DNA from: an uncultured Pseudomonadota bacterium
Lineage (GTDB): Bacteria; Oederibacteriota; Muellerivitia; Muellerivitales; Muellerivitaceae
DNA length: 64,000 nt
Direction of reading: 5' to 3'
Assembly: GCA_963770835.1 (NCBI GenBank)
Contig: CAVYRH010000026.1
Coordinates: 736,001 to 800,000 of the forward strand
The notes below the pieces were generated by a model. That model saw only the letters and a list, made by a program, of their open reading frames with translations. It ran no database searches and was not told the DNA's origin. Positions 58,909 to 64,000 of the stretch are shown piece by piece. The position numbers were made by a program, and so were the translations under genes. Position 1 is the first letter of the stretch, and every line of letters starts with the position of its first letter.

Positions 58909-60729
58909 ATGGGAATGTTCGCCGGTTCCATCCATATCCAGGGGTCCGACAGCGGGGAAGTGATCCCGGTCCTGGAAAAAATCCACAAGGTCCATGGCGC
59001 CAAGTTCATGGTCGAGGACGCGCCGGGGGGCTGGTGCAGCGTTTTTCCCCATAACAGCGGGCAGGACAGCGAACTGGCCCGGGAGATCATGAAGTCCTTC
59101 CCCCATAAGGCCATCAACCTGGTGGTCCATGATTCGGACATCCTTTTCATTGACATCTTCGACGGCCAATCCGGTTTCCGGACCTACAACAATAATCCCA
59201 CCTATTTCGGCGAAAAACTGTCTCCCGAGGAAGTCCAGGCACTGAAAACCTATCCCGAAAACTTTTCCTTCTTCGCCCCGACGGAGAAGATTCCGCAGCT
59301 CAAGGCCCTCTTTTCCCCACTGGGGGAGGTGGTTTTCGTGGACGGCACCTTAACGTCCATCGCCAAGATCCTGGGCATTCCCCAGGCCGCCTTCAGCTAT
59401 GAGTACATCGAGACGGGGGAGTACGTCTCCCAGGCCCGGCGGAAAAAGCTCTTAACGGTGCCGCCCAAGGAGTCGGAGCAGGTCGGCGAGGCGGAAACCA
59501 AGGAAAGGGTCAAGGCCCTCAAGAAAGAAAAACTGCTCGTCTTTGAGAAAAAGGGCGGGCCCCACCGGGGCGGCATCCCCTTCCGGTGGAAGAGAGACCC
59601 GAATACGGGCCACGTGGGGATCACCTACAACCAGGACGGAATTAAAGAAGGCAAACTGATCTGGTCCTCCGGGGAATTCCAATTGAAACCCGACGAGAAG
59701 GGGTTGCAACGCCGCCCCTTGAACGAAGGCTATTCCCTCTTCTGGGATAAGGCCGGCCAAATGCTCCAGGATGAGCGGGGCCGGACAATCCTGCAATTTC
59801 CGAAGGAGAGGAGATTCCTGGGCCCCGTCATCACGCCGGATAAAAGCCTGTTCTTTTGGGATGAGGACAGTCAGGTGAAGTGGGTCGACCTGAAGACCCA
59901 AAAAGAAGGGGCGATCGATTTATCCGTCCTCCCCGAAACCCAGGTTTCCCTGCAAAACCAGATACCGGAAAAGCTCAAGCCGCTCTTCATCCGGCGGCAT
60001 AACCCTTCCTCAACGTTGGGCCCCCCGCCCTACCTCGCCATCGCCCAGGGCCCCTATTACCTTTTATACGACTGGGCCTCGCGTCAAATCATGGGTTATG
60101 GCATGCCCCAATTCCCGGCTTATACGGAAGAACTGTTGGCCCAGGGCCTTTGGCGCAAGGAATCACCGGAGATTTGGGAGCATACCGAAAACTTCATCCT
60201 GGGCCACAAGAACATAACCCCCCGGTACCAGTACCTGCGGCAATTTTTCGACCCCTTAAAGAATTACATCTTCCTCAGCGACGGACATTTCACCGGCAAG
60301 TTTACCCTGGGGGATTTTTTCGCGGGGCGGGGCGAACCCATCCTGCCCGAATGGGCCCTTTTTTTTACCGCTTGTCCCGCGGCCCGTTTCCAGATGTTCG
60401 GCAATAACGGTGGCTGCCTGTTCCCTATGATTTTTGAACCTTGTTCGGGCCTCTGGATTTTCGGGACCCTGGATGGAGTCCTGCGGGCGCTGGACGCCGG
60501 CAACCACAAGCTCTACCGGTTCTTGGATCTGCCCCGTCACCTGGAACCCCACAGCCTGGACATCATTGAGGACGGAAAATATCTGATCCTGGATGGGCGC
60601 ATTTATAAGGAACTCTATAAACACGACAGCGCCCTGCAGGTTTACGACCTTCGGAAATTATTGGACCAAAAAACGGAGGACGCTTCGGGATTCGTGGTCC
60701 TCCAGCCGAAAGAATCGAAGGAAGGATGA
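58909..60729 (+). CDS. Hypothetical protein (HDSD-motif N-domain, possible beta-propeller C-region)
   Basis: 606-aa ORF with host-like codon use; no family recognised with confidence. Confidence 0.6.
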   Translation: MGMFAGSIHIQGSDSGEVIPVLEKIHKVHGAKFMVEDAPGGWCSVFPHNSGQDSELAREIMKSFPHKAINLVVHDSDILFIDIFDGQSGFRTYNNNPTYFGEKLSPEEVQALKTYPENFSFFAPTEKIPQLKALFSPLGEVVFVDGTLTSIAKILGIPQAAFSYEYIETGEYVSQARRKKLLTVPPKESEQVGEAETKERVKALKKEKLLVFEKKGGPHRGGIPFRWKRDPNTGHVGITYNQDGIKEGKLIWSSGEFQLKPDEKGLQRRPLNEGYSLFWDKAGQMLQDERGRTILQFPKERRFLGPVITPDKSLFFWDEDSQVKWVDLKTQKEGAIDLSVLPETQVSLQNQIPEKLKPLFIRRHNPSSTLGPPPYLAIAQGPYYLLYDWASRQIMGYGMPQFPAYTEELLAQGLWRKESPEIWEHTENFILGHKNITPRYQYLRQFFDPLKNYIFLSDGHFTGKFTLGDFFAGRGEPILPEWALFFTACPAARFQMFGNNGGCLFPMIFEPCSGLWIFGTLDGVLRALDAGNHKLYRFLDLPRHLEPHSLDIIEDGKYLILDGRIYKELYKHDSALQVYDLRKLLDQKTEDASGFVVLQPKESKEG

Positions 60730-60754
60730 ACGCAGGGCCAGATGAACCAGGAGG

Positions 60755-60862
60755 GTAATGCCGGGCGGTCAGTTTCAAAACCTGTTGGATCATTTAATAC
60801 CTGTTCACGTCCTTCACCACCACCAGTAATAGCCGTTCGCCATTTGGGTTTTTATACCAAAT
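60755..60862 (-). pseudogene. Degraded relic of the 3' end of the FlgD-type gene at 62831
   Basis: Reads ..ANG..LLVVVKDVNRY*MIQQVLKLTARH versus ..ASGLYLAVVEAKDTNGNNMGRQILKLTVKH*. Confidence 0.7.
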
Positions 60863-60978
60863 TTTTTCAATTGAACCGCTTTATTGTTTGATGTCGCCCT
60901 TGCCAAAGGTCTTTCATTCGTGATAATTACGGAGGTCTCGAGTTGAGGGGCAAATTCAATTAAAAGGCAGGGCCGGCC

Positions 60979-62799
60979 ATGGGTGGATGGAAAAGCTGGG
61001 TTTTCCTATTGGGGGCTCTCCTCGCCCCGCGGGCGTGGGCCGACGCCATCGAGGTGGATGCCAGCCGCACGGACCAGGTGATCCGCGGCTTCGGGGCCTG
61101 CAGCGCCTGGTCCGGCTCCAAGATCAACGACAACCTGGCCCAATTGTTCTTCGACCCCCAAGACGGCATCGGGCTTTCCATGCTGCGCACCCGCATCCCC
61201 CCGGATTCCAAATGGGATTCCGAAACGCCCGCCATGTTGGCGGCCAAGAACTGGGGCGTGACCCAGATCTGGAGCACCGAATGGACGCCGCCCGCGGGCT
61301 ATAAGACCAACCATAACCCCAACAACGGGGGCTCGCTGGACCCTTCCCATTACAAGGATTACGCCGACTACCTGGTGCGTTACGTGCAGGATGTGAAGGC
61401 TTCCACCAAGATCGACCTCTACGCCCTTTCGCCCGCCAACGAACCGGATTTTTCCCCCAGCTACGAGTCCTGCTTGTGGACCGGGGACCAGTTCAAGACC
61501 TTTGTCCGGGATTACCTGGGACCGGCCTTCAAGGCCGCCGGCCTGACTACGCGCATCGTGACACCCGAATCTTACAAGAGCGACCTGGCCTTGTCGGACC
61601 CCACCCTCTCCGACCCTGCCGCCGCGGCCTACGTGGACATCATCGGGGAACACCTTTACGGGGGCGGTCCCATGCCCTATCCCCTGGCGCAGGACCTGAA
61701 AAAGGAATACTGGGAAACCGAGATTTCGGACTTTAAAACCTTCGACGGGGGCATGGCCAGCGGCTTGAAGTACGCCATCCAAATCCACCGCTGCCTGGTG
61801 GACGCGGGCATGAACGCTTACCATTATTGGTGGCTTGTGCCGGTGGGAAACAGCAACAGCAATGAAGGACTGGTGGACCAGGTGGGGGGAGCCACCAAGC
61901 GGCTCTATTGCCTGGGCAATTTCAGCAAGTTCATCCGCCCCGGCTTTTACCGCATCGAAACCACGCCTGAAACAGACGAAGGTGTCTGGGCCTCAGCCTA
62001 TAAGGACACGGCCTCGGGCCATTTCGTGGTCGTTGCCATCAACACCGCAAGCCGGCCGGTCTCCCAGGTTTTCCAATTGCGGGGGTTGACCGCCTCTTCC
62101 GTCACGCCCTGGGTCACCGACAACCTGCGCAACCTGGAAAAACAGGCCGGCGTTGAAGTGGCGGACGGGAAGTTTTCTTATTCGCTGCCGGTTTCCAGCG
62201 TGGTGAGTTTCACGGGGGAGGCTGCGGCCTTTGGCCCCACGGCCACGCCGACGCCCACCGAAGACCCGTCGAAAGCCGCCGCGGCCGTCACCGCTTCCTG
62301 CCTGGTGGACGACCTGGAAGGCGGCAAAACAAACCGGTGGGGCGGCCACTGGGAAACCTATTCCGGGGCCAACAGCACGGTGGAGCTTGAGGTGCAAGAG
62401 GGAGGGGCGCCCGCCTCGCCGGGCCACTGCGTTTCGGCCAAGGGGGACATTTCGGATTACGGCGGCATCACCTGCACCCTGGACTCCCGCCATTCGGTGG
62501 TGGATCTTTCCCGCTACAAGGGGGTTTGCTTTTGGGCCAAGGGCAACGGCAAGACCTACTGGTTCCAGGCCGCCATTCCCACCATCGCGGACGGGGACAA
62601 CTATGGAAAAACCTTCCTGGCGCCCTCGAATTGGGCGCCGGTCACCATCTTGTTCAACCAGATGGCCCAACGGAACTTCGGGGCCTTCAAGCCTTTCACC
62701 CCCCAGCAGGTCCTGTCGCTGCAATGGTCCAATGGACAATCGGGCCGGCTGGAGCTCAAGGTGGATGACGTGCGCCTGGTGGGGGCGGACTGCCCTTAA
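60979..62799 (+). CDS. GH30 (xylanase-like) glycoside hydrolase with C-terminal CBM11/CIA30-like module
   Basis: QVIRGFG, GLSMLR, ANEPD (acid/base), WETE (nucleophile), NFSKFIRPG; PTATPTP linker; DLS.Y.G..FW.KG. Confidence 0.88.
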   Translation: MGGWKSWVFLLGALLAPRAWADAIEVDASRTDQVIRGFGACSAWSGSKINDNLAQLFFDPQDGIGLSMLRTRIPPDSKWDSETPAMLAAKNWGVTQIWSTEWTPPAGYKTNHNPNNGGSLDPSHYKDYADYLVRYVQDVKASTKIDLYALSPANEPDFSPSYESCLWTGDQFKTFVRDYLGPAFKAAGLTTRIVTPESYKSDLALSDPTLSDPAAAAYVDIIGEHLYGGGPMPYPLAQDLKKEYWETEISDFKTFDGGMASGLKYAIQIHRCLVDAGMNAYHYWWLVPVGNSNSNEGLVDQVGGATKRLYCLGNFSKFIRPGFYRIETTPETDEGVWASAYKDTASGHFVVVAINTASRPVSQVFQLRGLTASSVTPWVTDNLRNLEKQAGVEVADGKFSYSLPVSSVVSFTGEAAAFGPTATPTPTEDPSKAAAAVTASCLVDDLEGGKTNRWGGHWETYSGANSTVELEVQEGGAPASPGHCVSAKGDISDYGGITCTLDSRHSVVDLSRYKGVCFWAKGNGKTYWFQAAIPTIADGDNYGKTFLAPSNWAPVTILFNQMAQRNFGAFKPFTPQQVLSLQWSNGQSGRLELKVDDVRLVGADCP

Positions 62800-62830
62800 G
62801 TCCCCCGGCCGGGAAGCCGGAGGCACCCTG

Positions 62831-64000
62831 TTAGTGTTTCACCGTTAGCTTTAGGATTTGCCGGCCCATGTTATTCCCGTTCGTGTCCTTCGCCTCCACC
62901 ACCGCCAGGTAAAGGCCGCTGGCACGGGTTGAAGTATCCCAGGTTGCGTAATCCGTTCCGGGCGTATGTTGGGCCTTGCCGACCAGTTCCCCCGCCACAT
63001 CGTAAACCTTGACGCTTAAGGTCCAACCCGCCGGGGCCTGGAAGGTGGCTATGGGGTCCTGGGAAGTCAGCTGGTTGGGCGCCACGAAGACGGAGTTTGT
63101 CTGCGTCCGGCCCAGGACCGTGATGGTTTCCACGATCACGGTTTGCGATCCACCCCCGTTGGTCGACCGGAATTCCATGTAATAAGTCCCGTTGGAGACC
63201 ACGCTTCCGTTGTTGGAACGGCCGTCCCACTGGCAGAGGGTGACTCCCTGGCCGTTGGTCACCACGACCGTACTGGGAAGGGAGCCTGGGGCATTGGGCG
63301 TGATCACGTTGCTGGACAAGGATACGCTATTGATGGTGCTGTTGTTGGGATCGTCGTAATAGGCGTAAAGCTGCCGTATCACTTCCCCCGCCTCGTTATA
63401 AATGCTCACGGTCACCCGGGCGATGGACCGGCTAACGGTGGTTTCCTGGGTGATGCTGCTGACCACCCCGTTGCCGTCGACGTTGTCCACTTTGATGTAG
63501 TAGGTGCCATTGGAAACGGGCGTCCCCTGGCTGTTGGTGCCGTCCCAGACTCCTATGGGAACGTTTCCGTAGTAAACCGTGACCGCGTTATTGGGCCCGT
63601 CCAGGCTCGTGATGGAGTTGCTTCCTTCCAGGGTGATGCTGTTGACCGGTTGGGAGAACTGGGTGATGTTGATGACCTTAATGAGCTCACCCGCCTCGTT
63701 GTAAACCCCCACTTTCACCGTGTAATTGCCCGCCACCGTGACGTCGGCCACGGCCGTCACCGGCCCCCCGCCCGTATAAGTCACCCAAGCCTTGTTCTCC
63801 AACAGGGTTCCGGCCGTGAGAAAGCCGTTCACTTGGGCCTGGTAGTAAAGGTTATAGGTTCCGACGCCCAGGGACGGGAAGCTCCAGGTCAAGAGGGATC
63901 CGGTTTGGGCGGTAGCCGCCCCGGCGGGCGCCGACCCGAACCCCGCGAAGGTCATATTGGCCGGCAAGGTGTCGCCCACCACCACGTTCGAGGCCTGGCT
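62831..64000 (-). CDS. 3' part of a secreted DUF11 + tandem FlgD-Ig/T9SS-CTD-like protein (5' part beyond window)
   Basis: DTLPANMTF; YNEAGE; WDGTNSQGTPVSNGTYY; WDGRSNNGSVVSNGTYY; YDVAGELV...ASGLY...KLTVKH. Confidence 0.85.
   Translation of the reverse strand, partial: SQASNVVVGDTLPANMTFAGFGSAPAGAATAQTGSLLTWSFPSLGVGTYNLYYQAQVNGFLTAGTLLENKAWVTYTGGGPVTAVADVTVAGNYTVKVGVYNEAGELIKVINITQFSQPVNSITLEGSNSITSLDGPNNAVTVYYGNVPIGVWDGTNSQGTPVSNGTYYIKVDNVDGNGVVSSITQETTVSRSIARVTVSIYNEAGEVIRQLYAYYDDPNNSTINSVSLSSNVITPNAPGSLPSTVVVTNGQGVTLCQWDGRSNNGSVVSNGTYYMEFRSTNGGGSQTVIVETITVLGRTQTNSVFVAPNQLTSQDPIATFQAPAGWTLSVKVYDVAGELVGKAQHTPGTDYATWDTSTRASGLYLAVVEAKDTNGNNMGRQILKLTVKH

Overview
GC-rich bacterial chromosomal window from a probable diderm (it encodes a GT9 heptosyltransferase-like gene). 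The many Thr/Pro-stalk, FlgD-Ig/T9SS-CTD-like proteins recall candidate phylum FCPU426, but that assignment is inference only. Contents in order: (1) a stress/detox region with two ECF42-like sigma factors, four YciI/DGPF genes and four matching ECF promoters in two -35 variants; (2) pirin, B12 radical SAM, UDP-glucuronate decarboxylase-like, NHL, DksA/TraR and LemA-HtpX genes, with a block of seven single-base insertions at 17.7-21.6 kb that is probably sequencing error; (3) a giant Thr-x stalk surface protein; (4) hemD-hemE fusion, hemH, hemY; (5) the ATP-grasp/alpha-E/Anbu/transglutaminase operon behind a sigma54 promoter; (6) a glycosylation cluster ending in asnB; (7) efp-accB-accC-comB-like, thiC, a GH30 xylanase and a second FlgD-type protein. 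I saw no rRNA, tRNA, integrase, transposase or cas gene. The most striking structure recurs three times. An intact anchor gene (pirin, asnB, FlgD-type protein) is followed by one convergent secreted cargo gene and then by a diverged relic copy of the anchor's own 3' end. A fourth gene is flanked by a duplicated spacer plus RBS. This looks like integrase-free, single-gene cassette capture at gene tails. Intergenic DNA holds at least five palindromic repeat families, nested twin-hairpin insertions and a three-unit hairpin array behind dksA.
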